This document shows positions 49,011 through 59,322 of a DNA stretch of 64,000 nt, in pieces. Position 1 is the stretch's first letter; each line of letters starts with the position of its first letter. This DNA comes from Acidobacteriota bacterium (lineage in GTDB: Bacteria > Acidobacteriota > UBA6911 > RPQK01 > CBDAPI01). The stretch spans positions 213,838 through 277,837 of the forward strand of contig OZ252114.1 of assembly GCA_965248635.1 (NCBI GenBank), read 5' to 3'. The position numbers were made by a program, and so were the translations under genes. The notes beneath the pieces were generated by a model, which had not been told where the DNA came from, searched no databases, and worked only from the letters and a program-made list of their open reading frames with translations.

Positions 49011-49952
49011 ATGGAGAACTCCGAAAAGATCATCAAGCGCTACCTCCTGGGCCAGTTGTCCGACTCGGACAAAGAGACGCTGGAGCATGAGTATTTCGCC
49101 AAGCCCGAAGTGCTGCGCAAGGTTGAGATTGGCGAAGACGAACTGATTGACGAGTATCTGGAAAAGCGGCTCAGCCAGGACGACAGGCAGAGTTTTCAGC
49201 GGGTCTTTTTGACTACCAAAGACAGAGAGGAGAAACTCCGCCTGGCCAAAGCCCTGGGAGAGAGAGTCTGGAAGAGCGCAGGCTTCCAGGCACGCATGTC
49301 TCGCAGACTGAATGTACCGAGCATGCTCTTCAGCCTTGTGGGCCTGGGAGCGATCGCGGCCTGCTTGGTCCTGATCGCAGGACTTGCTTGGCTGTTGACC
49401 CAGGAGACTCGGCAGGCGAGCAGCCTGCAGGCCGAGAGGATGACCTGGGCCGAGCAGGAAAGCGAACTCCAGGCTCGGCTGGCCCAGGCCGCTGCTGAGA
49501 AAGCCTGGATGGATGGACGGCTGACCCAGGCGGAAGGCGTGAAAACCGAACTCCAGGCTCGGGTTCAGCGACTCGAGACCCTGGTATCAACACGCCAAGG
49601 CGCAGGTCGAGGGATTACGCTCCAGCTCCCTAGCGGTGTCCTGCCATCAGGCGGAGATACGCCGCAGGTGAGTCTCCCGGCCAATGCGCCCCTTCTCGAG
49701 GTCCAACTGGAGCTGACGGTGGAGGCGGCAGGTTATCAGAGTTACCAGGCCCAGCTGATTCGAGTCGAGGGAGGCTCCCAACCAGTTCAAAACAGCCTTC
49801 TGCGGCGCCGGAATGGTGAGCCCCGGTTGATCCGCTTTCCTGTGCCTTCCGATTTCCTCAGCTCGGGCGACTACTTGATTCGGCTGGGCGGATTCAACGA
49901 GGCAGGTTCCCTCGAGGATCTGGATCAGTATGTCTTTCGGCTAATCCGGTAG
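49011..49952 (+). CDS. putative anti-sigma factor: cytoplasmic N-domain, one TM helix, periplasmic coiled-coil/beta domain
   Basis: N-terminal YLLGQLSDSDKETLEHEYFAKPEVL…EDELIDEYL motif typical of ECF anti-sigma N-domains. TM helix LFSLVGLGAIAACLVLIAGLAWLL. Confidence 0.45.
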   Translation: MENSEKIIKRYLLGQLSDSDKETLEHEYFAKPEVLRKVEIGEDELIDEYLEKRLSQDDRQSFQRVFLTTKDREEKLRLAKALGERVWKSAGFQARMSRRLNVPSMLFSLVGLGAIAACLVLIAGLAWLLTQETRQASSLQAERMTWAEQESELQARLAQAAAEKAWMDGRLTQAEGVKTELQARVQRLETLVSTRQGAGRGITLQLPSGVLPSGGDTPQVSLPANAPLLEVQLELTVEAAGYQSYQAQLIRVEGGSQPVQNSLLRRRNGEPRLIRFPVPSDFLSSGDYLIRLGGFNEAGSLEDLDQYVFRLIR

Positions 49953-50069
49953 GCCACTCTGCGTTTTGGTCTGCTACCCCTGCAGGCCGGATGAGCCTCT
50001 TGGTGCGCGGGTTCTCTTGACTTCCGCACTCCAAAAGGGTACCAGTTACCGACAGAGGTCATCACCTCC

Positions 50070-51719
50070 GTGCCAAAGCCAAGGAAAGCTCGCATATTCG
50101 TTCATCTGCCCTTGGCCTGCCTGGCTGCCGCCTGGCCATTTCTACTCGGGTGTGGTCCTGCAGTTCAAGTCGACCAGCGACCCAATATTCTCTGGGTCAG
50201 TGCGGAGGATTTGAGCCCGAATCTCGGCAGTTATGGCGATGCATTCGCCTCTACTCCCAACCTGGACCGATTTGCCGGCCAGAGCGTCAAGTTCACCAAT
50301 GTCTTTACAACAGCGCCGGTGTGTGCGCCCAGCCGTTCGGCGATCATCACCGGTATGTACGCGACCACCATCGGGACGATGCACATGCGCACAGGGGGCG
50401 ATGCCCCCTATCATCCGGAGAACCTCATCGCCTACCAGGCCGTACCCCCGCCCGATGTAAAGTGCTTTACCGAATACCTGCGCGCCGCCGGTTATTACTG
50501 TGTCAACAATCATAAGACCGACTACCAGTTCGGTCTGCCTTTTACAGCCTGGGATGAAAGCAGTCGTGACGCGCACTGGCGCAAGCGGCCTCCCGGCAAG
50601 CCCTTCTTTGCCGTTTTCAATCTGGGGGAGACTCACGAAAGCAGTAACTGGGAGCAGGAGGGTGAGTCGCTCAGCCATGATCCGGCAAAGGTTGTCGTCC
50701 CCCCTTATTATCCGGACACGCCGAAGGTTCGCCGCAACCTGGCCAGATACTACGACAATATTGCTCGCATGGACCGGAGATTCGAGGAGATTCTTGGCCA
50801 GCTGGAAGAGGATGGTCTCGCCAACAACACGATTGTGTGGTTCTGGGGTGACCATGGGGCCGGGCTGCCCCGGGGCAAGTACTGGCTCTACGATTCCGGG
50901 GTCCGGGTGCCGCTGATCATCCGCTGGCCGGAAACTCTCGAGCCCGGCAGCAAAGACGAACTGATCAGCGGAATCGATTTCGCCCCTACTGTGCTCTCGA
51001 TGCTGGGTCTGAGAATACCCGACCATATGCAGGGAAGGGCCTTCCTCGGCCCCGCTGCCGGAGCGCCTCGGGAATATGTCTTTGCAGCCGGCGACCGCCA
51101 GGACGAGACCTACCACCGCATCCGCAGCGTCCGGGATCGGCGCTACAGGTACATACGCAACTATCTACCAGAGCAGTCGTACGCGGACGGGCTCGTGTAC
51201 AAGGAGAAAATGCCCATCATGCAGGAGTTGCGGCGGCTGGCCGCGGCGGGGCAACTGGACCGGGCCCAGCAGCTATTCTTGTCGGATGCCAAGCCACCCG
51301 AGGAATTGTACGATCTTGAAGTGGACCCCCACGAAATCATGAACCTGGCCGATTCCCCCCAGCATCAAGAGGCTTTGCAGCGCCTGCGGGCAGAGCACGA
51401 GCGATGGAAAGAGCATAGCAAAGACCTCGGGGCCGTTGCCGAGACGGAACTGATCAAGACGATGTGGCCGGGCGGAAAGCAGCCTCAAACGCAGATGCCG
51501 GAGGCACACGTCTCCCAGGGGCCATCGGAAGACAGCGTGAAGGTCCGTCTCACTTGTCCGACCGAAGGAGCGTCAATCGGTTTTGCTACGGGCAAGGACG
51601 AGGATCCTGCGTGGCAGCTTTACGCGGGCGAGCTGACGCTGCCCAGAGGCACGACGGTTCGCGCCCGGGCCATTCGCTATGGCTACGAGCCCAGTGGAGT
51701 CATCGAGGCCACATACTGA
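50070..51719 (+). CDS. formylglycine-dependent sulfatase (arylsulfatase family)
   Basis: Signal peptide. Sulfatase signature VCAPSRSAIITGMY (C-x-P-x-R) and downstream metal-binding residues. 549 aa. Confidence 0.85.
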   Translation: MPKPRKARIFVHLPLACLAAAWPFLLGCGPAVQVDQRPNILWVSAEDLSPNLGSYGDAFASTPNLDRFAGQSVKFTNVFTTAPVCAPSRSAIITGMYATTIGTMHMRTGGDAPYHPENLIAYQAVPPPDVKCFTEYLRAAGYYCVNNHKTDYQFGLPFTAWDESSRDAHWRKRPPGKPFFAVFNLGETHESSNWEQEGESLSHDPAKVVVPPYYPDTPKVRRNLARYYDNIARMDRRFEEILGQLEEDGLANNTIVWFWGDHGAGLPRGKYWLYDSGVRVPLIIRWPETLEPGSKDELISGIDFAPTVLSMLGLRIPDHMQGRAFLGPAAGAPREYVFAAGDRQDETYHRIRSVRDRRYRYIRNYLPEQSYADGLVYKEKMPIMQELRRLAAAGQLDRAQQLFLSDAKPPEELYDLEVDPHEIMNLADSPQHQEALQRLRAEHERWKEHSKDLGAVAETELIKTMWPGGKQPQTQMPEAHVSQGPSEDSVKVRLTCPTEGASIGFATGKDEDPAWQLYAGELTLPRGTTVRARAIRYGYEPSGVIEATY

Positions 51720-51860
51720 GTTAGCACAAAATGAATCCACCGATAGCCAGCCAGACTGCAGCTCTGGTCTGGTTCGCGCAGGATGAGCCAGGGGCTCAAG
51801 GCCTTGGAACTGCTGGGGAGGCACCGGGGCTGTGGGCTGTTGAAGAAAAGGTAGGATAGC

Positions 51861-52721
51861 ATGTTCTCTCGAAAAATAAGTCCCAAACTGGCTCTGTTCA
51901 CTCTCTTGAGTGCCGGGCTGCCAACTGTGCCGGTCCTGGCCGAGGACGAAGCAATCACCCCAACCGAGCCGATCAAATTGTTCAACGGCAAGGACCTGTC
52001 AAATTTCTATACCTGGCTGGCCGACTATCAGTCTGAAGATCCCCATCACGTGTTCACGGTCGTGGACCGGATCGATGGGAGGCTCGCTATCCGCGTCAGC
52101 GGTCGGGATTGGGGAGGATTCATAACCAGGGATCGGTACAGGAATTACCACTTGATCGTCGAGTTTCGATGGGGATTGGTCAGCTGGGGACGGCGCCGGG
52201 ACCGCACCCGAGACAGCGGAATCCTTCTGCACTGCCAGGGTCCCGAGGGAAGCGCCTCGCCGGAGTTCAACAGCCCCTGGATGCGCTCCGTCGAATTCCA
52301 GATTATCGAGGGAGGGACGGGAGACATCATTCTTGTCAGCGGATTCTCGAAATCAGGCGAGAGCATCCCGACTCGATTGACCGTCATTGTAAGGAACGAT
52401 CGCCACGGCAAATGGGTGTGGGACCCGCCGGGGCAGGCGAAAACTTTTGAGGGCGGCCGAATCAATTGGTTCGGCCGCGACCCGGACTGGGTGGACGAGC
52501 TGGGCTTTCGCGGGCAAGAGGATCTGGAAAAACCTGCAGGTCAGTGGAACCGGCTGGACGCTTTTGTCAAAGACGACACCTTTACCTACCTGGTCAACGG
52601 CACAATCGTCAACAAAGGAACCGACTCCAGCCTGAAAGAGGGAAGGATCCTGTTCCAGTCAGAGGGAGCAGAGATCTACTTCCGCAGGATAGAGCTCAGA
52701 CCCCTTCCAGATGGAGATTAG
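51861..52721 (+). CDS. DUF1080 (3-keto-disaccharide hydrolase-like) domain protein, secreted
   Basis: Signal peptide, then …LFNGKDLSNFYTW…ILFQSEGAEIYFRRIELRPL, the characteristic start and end motifs of PF06439. Confidence 0.7.
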   Translation: MFSRKISPKLALFTLLSAGLPTVPVLAEDEAITPTEPIKLFNGKDLSNFYTWLADYQSEDPHHVFTVVDRIDGRLAIRVSGRDWGGFITRDRYRNYHLIVEFRWGLVSWGRRRDRTRDSGILLHCQGPEGSASPEFNSPWMRSVEFQIIEGGTGDIILVSGFSKSGESIPTRLTVIVRNDRHGKWVWDPPGQAKTFEGGRINWFGRDPDWVDELGFRGQEDLEKPAGQWNRLDAFVKDDTFTYLVNGTIVNKGTDSSLKEGRILFQSEGAEIYFRRIELRPLPDGD

Positions 52722-52727
52722 ACAAAT

Positions 52728-53639
52728 TCACGGACCTAAGCTTCCGGCGCCGCTTCCACCCGGTCGGATGGCCAGTGTCGGGCCGGCCCGACCGGAGGAA
52801 CAGAAGACCATTCCGTGCCCGACGACGGGCGTCGGGATGACCTCGAAGAGATTGCCGCCACACCGCCACAGCTCCCGGCCCGTGTCCGGGTCGTCGGCCT
52901 GAACGCGCCGCTGGCTGCTGACGATGATCTCGTCGTGATCGCCGGCGCGGATCGCGACCGGCGTTCCCCACCCGACGCTGGCGTTTCGCGCGGTCCGCCA
53001 TATTTCTTCGCCCGTGCGTGTGTCGAATGCGGCAACGAACGAACCCGAGCGCTGATCCTGGTACAGGATGATCCGATCCTTGTAGAGCAGCGGAGAACCG
53101 GCAGTACCGTGGTAGTTGCTCATCTGGTCGGGATCCCGGCGCCAGACGATCTCGCCGTCCATGTCGAACGCCATCAGCCCGCGGGCGCCGAAGGACAAGT
53201 AGATGCGCTCACCGTCGGTGACGGGGGTCGCCGAGGCATGACCGTTCTTGCGATGAACCGACTCCGACCGCCCCTCGGGCGCGAAGCTCTGCCACAGTCG
53301 AGAGCCGTCCGAGCGTCGAAAGGCGAGGACCGAGAGTCGTTTACCGCCGTCATAAGCGGTCGTCAGAAAGATGCGGTCACCCCAGACGATCGGCGATGAA
53401 TTACCGCTTCCCGGAAGCGGCGTCTTCCAAACGACGTTTTCGGTCACGGACCAGGCGTCCGGATAATTGCTGCCGGTGACGAGCCCCTGCCCGGAAGGCC
53501 CGCGCCAGCGCGGCCAGTACTGATCACCTTCTCCCTGGACCGCGATCATCGCGATTCCGGGTTCCTGGCTCTCGACCGCCGACCCCCAGCCAGAGGCGAA
53601 CGCAATCAGCATAACGATCAGAAATGCTCGGATTCGCAC
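52728..53639 (-). CDS. PQQ-like beta-propeller repeat protein (BamB-like), secreted
   Basis: Signal peptide. Repeated W-containing blades (…WKTPLPGSGNSSPIVWGDRIFL…, …WRRDPDQ…, …WRTARN…). Confidence 0.6.
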   Translation of the reverse strand: MRIRAFLIVMLIAFASGWGSAVESQEPGIAMIAVQGEGDQYWPRWRGPSGQGLVTGSNYPDAWSVTENVVWKTPLPGSGNSSPIVWGDRIFLTTAYDGGKRLSVLAFRRSDGSRLWQSFAPEGRSESVHRKNGHASATPVTDGERIYLSFGARGLMAFDMDGEIVWRRDPDQMSNYHGTAGSPLLYKDRIILYQDQRSGSFVAAFDTRTGEEIWRTARNASVGWGTPVAIRAGDHDEIIVSSQRRVQADDPDTGRELWRCGGNLFEVIPTPVVGHGMVFCSSGRAGPTLAIRPGGSGAGSLGP

Positions 53640-53692
53640 GGGTTCTCCTCTTTGAATGGAATCGCGGTGTTTTGGACTAGGGATGAGGGTAC

Positions 53693-55290
53693 TCAGTCGC
53701 GGGGTCCTGCGGCCACTTCAAAGCGGTCGCTGACTCGAATCTCGCCTGCCTGGATCAAATCAGTGACCGTTAAGAAGATCTCATAGGGGCCGGTTTCGAA
53801 ATCACTCAAAGAGAATGGTCGCACTAGAACAACCCGCTGGGAAGACAGAAACTGGACTGATTCCCCCTCATCTTCCACCGCCTCGACGACGGGACGTCCA
53901 TCACGACGAATCTCGTAATCCAGTTTGAGCGCAGGGCGCATTGTTGCCTGATCGAAAGTGGCGTTGTAAACCTGGAGGTAAAGGATCAGCTCATCAGAGG
54001 CGTAGAAAACCTTGTCCAGGCTGGGCCGAATGTGCAAGTCTCCGAGAACGAACATTTCATCCTGTTCCGGAGCGTTTTCCAATTGCCTGACCCCCTTGGA
54101 AAGCAGAACGGAGCTGGCCGCAAGATCCTTCTTTGGAGGAGGTGGAATCAAAGCCAGCCGCCGGACTCCGACCTTTCCGCTGTTGAGATCCTTGATCACC
54201 AGGTCCAGTTTGTAGCGGCCTTTCCTTTCCAGAACCAGGACCTTTTGATAGGCAGATCGACCACTCTGAAGTCCGGCCTCGGCTACCAGATCGGCTTCGA
54301 ATTCGTCGATAATCCGATTGGACAAACTGGTGACGACTCCGTAAACGGCAACCCGGGATCGCCGGCTCTCTCGTTCCTGTTTAAAAGTGAGTTCCCGGTC
54401 ATCGATTTCGACACTGAGTGGTACCAGGGCCCGGTCTTTGTTCAGGTTGAAGTAATCGACGCGGTGAGAAAAGGGCAGGTTGTCAAAGGTGATATCAATC
54501 TCGACGAGACCTTTCAGGTCACGATACTTGACGGGCGTCGCACGCTGAACCTGAACATAGGTTTCGTAGCGAGTGAAGGGACGATCGGCGAGTCTCAGGG
54601 AAGCGTAAGTGGTGTTCCCCGGTGAGAAAAAGGGCCGATCCGCTTTGGAGGCGATTCCCATCGATTCCATCATCGTGAGCCCCGCTCACGGGAACGTACA
54701 GGAGGGCGTCTTTCTCCTCAGGCCGAAGGGCGAGCCGATACTCTCCGCTCATGCTAGGATCGACAAACTCAAGGATGACATTGGTTCCGATGCCCTCGAT
54801 GTATCGATATCTCCATACCTGGAAGGGATAGGTGGAGGTCGAACCGCCCCCTTCGTGATAGGGCCGATTATAGTTCCCTCCGGTGGGATTTGATTCGATC
54901 TCGGCCGGCGGACCGTGAATGATGTAAATACGGCCCCGATCTGTTAACCATCCAGGAAGCCCACTGGCGAAGCTCTCGTTGGAATAGGCGATCCTCCGAT
55001 AGTGCTCTTCCTTGAACTCGTTGGCAGCGCTGCGGGGATCGGGATCTCTCCGAAACCAAAACTGCTCGATGAACTGCTCCTTCTCTTCCGGTGTCGAGAG
55101 CTTCTCGAAAACCTTTCTTTCTTCTTCACTGACGATGTGAAGGACGTCCTCTTTCAGCCACTTTTTGAAATAATCTTCGATTTCCTCCTGAGATGCAGGC
55201 TGGCGTTGAGACTGCTTTGATTTCTTGTCCTGGAGGGCTGCTTCTGTTTCAGTCGGAAGCAGGCTGGCGAAGAGGAGGCATAGTGAGCAG
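53693..55290 (-). CDS. GWxTD-domain protein, frame change near 54600-54640; start codon not identifiable
   Basis: In my manual translation of the minus strand, the frame of ORF 54519..54752 is open from ~55310 down to 54519. It reads signal-like …SLCLLFASLLPTETEAA… then …GWLTDRGRIYIIHGPPAEIE… (the GWxTD motif). The 326-aa ORF 53693..54673 continues in another frame. Confidence 0.55.
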
Positions 55291-55726
55291 CCAGTGGAAG
55301 TTCTGCCGGGGCGAAAGAGTGAGAAAAGTCACGAACAGATTATAACCTAATCAAAAGTTCAGCTGGAGAGGGCGGGTCTGGATCACAGCGGCCGCAATCT
55401 TGCCCGGTTGAGGACGCGGTGGCCGAGTCATCTTCGAGGCTGCGTAGTGGCCGACGACCTCATCGGCCGTCAAGACCCGGGGGTGAGGAAAACCTTTCCA
55501 TTCTTGCCTGCGGCAAAGGCGCTTCAACAAGAGAGTTGAGCTTCAACAAGAGAATAGCGTCTTGGGGACAGGATTGTTAGGATCAATCCGGTTCTGAATA
55601 GATTCAAGCACACCGAATCGCGCTCACGAGCAATCATAGCAGCAGATGGCTGGTTGACAGCTTGATGATGTCCCGGGAGGTCCTCGATAGAGTGAAGAGA
55701 GAGCCCGCTCGAACCTACCTTCAACA

Positions 55727-55915
55727 TCGAACTGGCCAATGGAGCCGAAGGTTATATCCCTCCTCCCGAACAGCATCACCTGGGTGGCTATACGACGTGG
55801 CCGGCCAGATCGGCCGGTTTGGAGGTAGAGGCGGAACCTAAGATTGTGGAGACCCTTCTTCAGCTCTTCCAGGAGGCGGCAAAATCGATGAGGTCGGTCT
55901 CTATGACCGGGCGCT
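55727..55915 (+). pseudogene. gene remnants: ceramidase C-terminal fragment followed out of frame by a LamG-like C-terminal fragment
   Basis: FNIELANGAEGYIPPPEQHHLGGYTTWPARSAGLEVEAEPKIVETLL is ~80% identical to the C-terminus of the ceramidase at 33960..35558. Then …GKIDEVGLYDRALTAVEIAGHY…, a LamG/concanavalin-type C-terminal motif. Neither has an upstream coding continuation. Confidence 0.5.
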
Positions 55916-56055
55916 GACCGCAGTAGAGATTGCCGGACACTATGCGGCGGCCAAACGTGGCAATTGACATGTCTCCGCCCGAGCGCTTAGACTCCGCCGT
56001 GGTGAAGGACTCATTCTCCGCTCTCACAGATCCAAAGATATCCTTCTTCTCTCCA

Positions 56056-57687
56056 ATGCTCTGCCTCTTACTGGGTACCACCCTCTTGCTGGGTCAGGAT
56101 GGGAGTACCGGTCAGGACTGGCCCCACTATGGAGGCTCCTATCAGTTTTGGCGCTATAGCGCGTTGGACCAGATCAACCGGGCCAACCTCAAAAAGCTGG
56201 CTCCCGTCTGGGCATTTCAAACCGGTGTGGAAGACGGAGGACTGGAGGCGACCCCAATCGTGGTGGACGGGATCATGTACCTCTCGTCTTCCTGGAATCG
56301 AGTCTTCGCCATTGACGCCGCGACAGGCAAGGAAATCTGGCACTACTATTACAAGAATCCACGTCAGATCGGGATCCTTTACAGCCCCTATAACCGTGGC
56401 GTCGCGGTCTCCCGTGGCCGTGTCTTCATGGGAACCCTGGACAACCACGTAGTCGCCCTTGACCAGAAGACGGGTCGCGAGCTGTGGAAGGTCAACGTTG
56501 AGGATTTACGTCAGTGTGGCTGCAACATCACCGGGGCACCTCTGGTAGTGCGGGATAAGGTCATCGTTGGTGTCACCGGAGGAGATTCGGCCCATCGCGG
56601 CTACCTGAGTGCCTTCGACGCGGAGACGGGACGAATGGTCTGGCGTTTCTACACCATCCCTGGACCCGGTGAGAAGGGACACGAAACCTGGGAGGGGGAC
56701 AGTTGGAAGTATGGGGGCGGAGCCACCTGGATGACGGGCTCCTATGACCCCGACCTCGACCTGGTCTACTGGGGTGTTGGCAATCCAGCAGCCGACTTCT
56801 ATGGAGGCTCACGCAGGGGGGACAACCTGTACACCGACTGCGTGGTGGCCTTGAATCCGGACACCGGAGAGCTCAAGTGGTACTTCCAGGAAGTGCCCCA
56901 TGACGTGTGGGATTGGGATGCTGCCTACGAGTCGGTGCTGTTGGACCTGGTGGTGGAGGGCAGGAAGCGAAAGCTGCTGCTCAATACCAACAAAGGAGGC
57001 TACACCTTCGTCATGGACCGCACCGACGGGAGCTTCGTATCGGCCTGGCCGGTTGCCGAGAATATCAACTGGATCACCGGTATCGACGAGCAGGGCCGGC
57101 TGGTCGGCCGCAATGAGCCGATCGTCGGTGAGTCGACCTTCATTTGTCCCAGCATCGGCGGGGGAAGACAGTGGAATCAGGGGACGTATTCACCCCGCAC
57201 CGGCTGGTACTACACGACCGGCATTGAATGGTGCCAGGTGGTGGTCGCCAAAAAAGAGGAACCGGTCGAAGGGCTCAACTTCTTCGGCGGGGCCTTCCAG
57301 ATGAAGCCCCTGCCCAGGGGAGAGTCGCACGGGCACCTGGACGCCTATAACCCGGTAACCGGAGAAAAACACTGGAGTTACCGCTCCAAGTATCCTCTCT
57401 TGGCCTCGCTGCTCGCAACCGCCGGTGACGTGATCTTTAGCGGAGACGTGGAAGGCTACTTCTTTGCCCTGGATGCGAAAACGGGCGACAAGGTCTGGAG
57501 CTTTCAAACCGGGTCGGGTCACCGCGGTTCGGCCATCAGCTATGCGGTTGATGGAAGGCAGTACATCGCGACGCCTTCGGGCTGGGGATCGGCCGTAGCT
57601 GGACTCTTTCCCCAACTCTGGCCCGAATCGGAAGACTTTCGGGCGGGTTCAACCCTGTTTGTTTTCGCGCTCCTGGAGGGGGAATGA
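56056..57687 (+). CDS. PQQ-dependent alcohol dehydrogenase family (quinoprotein), signal peptide
   Basis: …WPHYGGSYQFWRYSALDQIN…LAPVWAFQTG… and 8-bladed propeller W-motifs typical of methanol/ethanol-family PQQ dehydrogenases. The ORF track starts at 55930; the ATG at 56056 gives a signal-peptide-like N-terminus. Confidence 0.75.
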   Translation: MLCLLLGTTLLLGQDGSTGQDWPHYGGSYQFWRYSALDQINRANLKKLAPVWAFQTGVEDGGLEATPIVVDGIMYLSSSWNRVFAIDAATGKEIWHYYYKNPRQIGILYSPYNRGVAVSRGRVFMGTLDNHVVALDQKTGRELWKVNVEDLRQCGCNITGAPLVVRDKVIVGVTGGDSAHRGYLSAFDAETGRMVWRFYTIPGPGEKGHETWEGDSWKYGGGATWMTGSYDPDLDLVYWGVGNPAADFYGGSRRGDNLYTDCVVALNPDTGELKWYFQEVPHDVWDWDAAYESVLLDLVVEGRKRKLLLNTNKGGYTFVMDRTDGSFVSAWPVAENINWITGIDEQGRLVGRNEPIVGESTFICPSIGGGRQWNQGTYSPRTGWYYTTGIEWCQVVVAKKEEPVEGLNFFGGAFQMKPLPRGESHGHLDAYNPVTGEKHWSYRSKYPLLASLLATAGDVIFSGDVEGYFFALDAKTGDKVWSFQTGSGHRGSAISYAVDGRQYIATPSGWGSAVAGLFPQLWPESEDFRAGSTLFVFALLEGE

Positions 57688-58463
57688 TCTGGCTTTCGCT
57701 GCTCTTGCTCCAGGCGGTCGCAGAGCCGGAAGTGCTGCGGCGGGGAGAGGTTGTCTTTGCTCAAAGCTGCGCCACTGGCTATTGTCACGGGGCTGCTGGT
57801 GCGGCCGGGCGTGGACCCAGGCTCAGAAACCGGAGTCTTGATCGTAATCGTGTTTCCGAGGCCGTTCGCAACGGCATCCCGCAATCGGCCATGCCGGGCT
57901 GGAAGGATCGTCTCTCGGAACAGGACCTCTCAGCAGTGATCGCCTATGTCATGAGCCTGGAGCATGCCGACGAGGCTGAATTGCCGGAGTATCCGATGCC
58001 TCCAGGTGTGGGCCCGGCTGCCTATGTGGACTTTCCCGGCCCAGCGGAGGCCAAGCAGGGGCGTGACTCGTTCTTCGACGCCACCCGAGGGCTGCAGTGT
58101 TCTACCTGCCACTCAGCTGGCGGAAGAGGGATTGCCGTGGGTCCGGAACTGGCCGGTCCGAGCGTTGCAGATCAGGATCGCTTTCTGTCCCTGGTTCGGG
58201 CTTCCCGCTCTCAGCATGTACTGACCGCGACTTTGAAAGATCGAAGTGTTTTTCCGGCGCTACGGTTCGAGCAGAACGAGGGTTGGATCAAGCTGTATGA
58301 CTTGACTTCAGCCCCGCCCGTTCTGCGAACCTTTGCGGCATCCACCATCGTCTCGCTTGTGAACGCCCAGGATTGGTCCCACGAATCGGTGACCCGGGAC
58401 TACAAGGACGGGGAACTCAAGGCGATCTTCGAATACCTGAATTGGCTGGATTCCCAGGAATAG
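57684..58463 (+). CDS. c-type cytochrome (two heme-binding motifs), secreted
   Basis: Start overlaps the ADH stop (ATGA). Canonical CSTCH and an atypical CATGYCH (CX4CH). Signal-like N-terminus MIWLSLLLLQAVA. Confidence 0.55.
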   Translation: MIWLSLLLLQAVAEPEVLRRGEVVFAQSCATGYCHGAAGAAGRGPRLRNRSLDRNRVSEAVRNGIPQSAMPGWKDRLSEQDLSAVIAYVMSLEHADEAELPEYPMPPGVGPAAYVDFPGPAEAKQGRDSFFDATRGLQCSTCHSAGGRGIAVGPELAGPSVADQDRFLSLVRASRSQHVLTATLKDRSVFPALRFEQNEGWIKLYDLTSAPPVLRTFAASTIVSLVNAQDWSHESVTRDYKDGELKAIFEYLNWLDSQE

Positions 58464-58485
58464 CGGAGCCGGCCGCGGCAACCCT

Positions 58486-59322
58486 TCAGGGACTCGGGAC
58501 GAGCACCTGTGCCTCGATGCTGGAACCGGGGATGAATCCGAAATGGCTCTTTTCCGTACTGAACTGGCCCTCTGCAAAGGGAACCATGACTTTGAACCAT
58601 TGATTCCCCTTGCGATCGACAAGCTCCGTCAGGACTAACACCCACGACCCATTCGGTAGCCCGACCTGGGACTGGACAAAGTCACCCTTTTCCGCTGAAT
58701 AGAGTTGTGAGTCGTCAGAGAGCTGCGCCAGCTTCACGGAATTGTTCATCACCGCCTGCTTCGGCACTTCCGCGAGAGGCTTGAGAAGCGAGAGGTTGAA
58801 AGGGGGTTGCTTGATCAAGGGCGAGCCCTGCACTGAGGAATCCCCCTGTAACCACCGGGAGCTGTACTGAGGCACGGTGACAGAGGCCATTGTCAGCGGG
58901 CCCATCAAGGTGATGAGCTTCAGGATGGCGAAGAACTTGGCTTTCGCGACCAACAGCAGAGTCGCAGACAGTAGAGCCATTGCTCCCAGCCCCCTTAGAG
59001 CATTATCCCCCTGCGCCAGCCAGAAGTACATCTTCATCCATCCATCGGTCGCGAACAGGAGGACCAGACCGCAAGAGACGGCCAGCCCGGTGAGTCCACT
59101 GAGGCCGTAGCCCGAAGCCAGCCGGTAGCCGAGAACGCCGACCAGCAGGGATGCGACGAACAGCCAGAGGAAACGCGCCATAGCGTAGTCAGAGACCATG
59201 CACAGCATTCCAATCACGACGGAAAGGGACAGGTGGGTGATAAAGACAACCCTGCAGGTCCGTGCGAAACCGCTCTCGAGCGGTTTCACTTCCTTGGGTT
59301 CCACTGTCCAGGAGACAGTCAT
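58486..59322 (-). CDS. hypothetical membrane protein (4 TM) with C-terminal soluble domain
   Basis: Hydrophobic helices then a ~120-aa C-terminal region. No recognisable motif. Confidence 0.35.
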   Translation of the reverse strand: MTVSWTVEPKEVKPLESGFARTCRVVFITHLSLSVVIGMLCMVSDYAMARFLWLFVASLLVGVLGYRLASGYGLSGLTGLAVSCGLVLLFATDGWMKMYFWLAQGDNALRGLGAMALLSATLLLVAKAKFFAILKLITLMGPLTMASVTVPQYSSRWLQGDSSVQGSPLIKQPPFNLSLLKPLAEVPKQAVMNNSVKLAQLSDDSQLYSAEKGDFVQSQVGLPNGSWVLVLTELVDRKGNQWFKVMVPFAEGQFSTEKSHFGFIPGSSIEAQVLVPSP

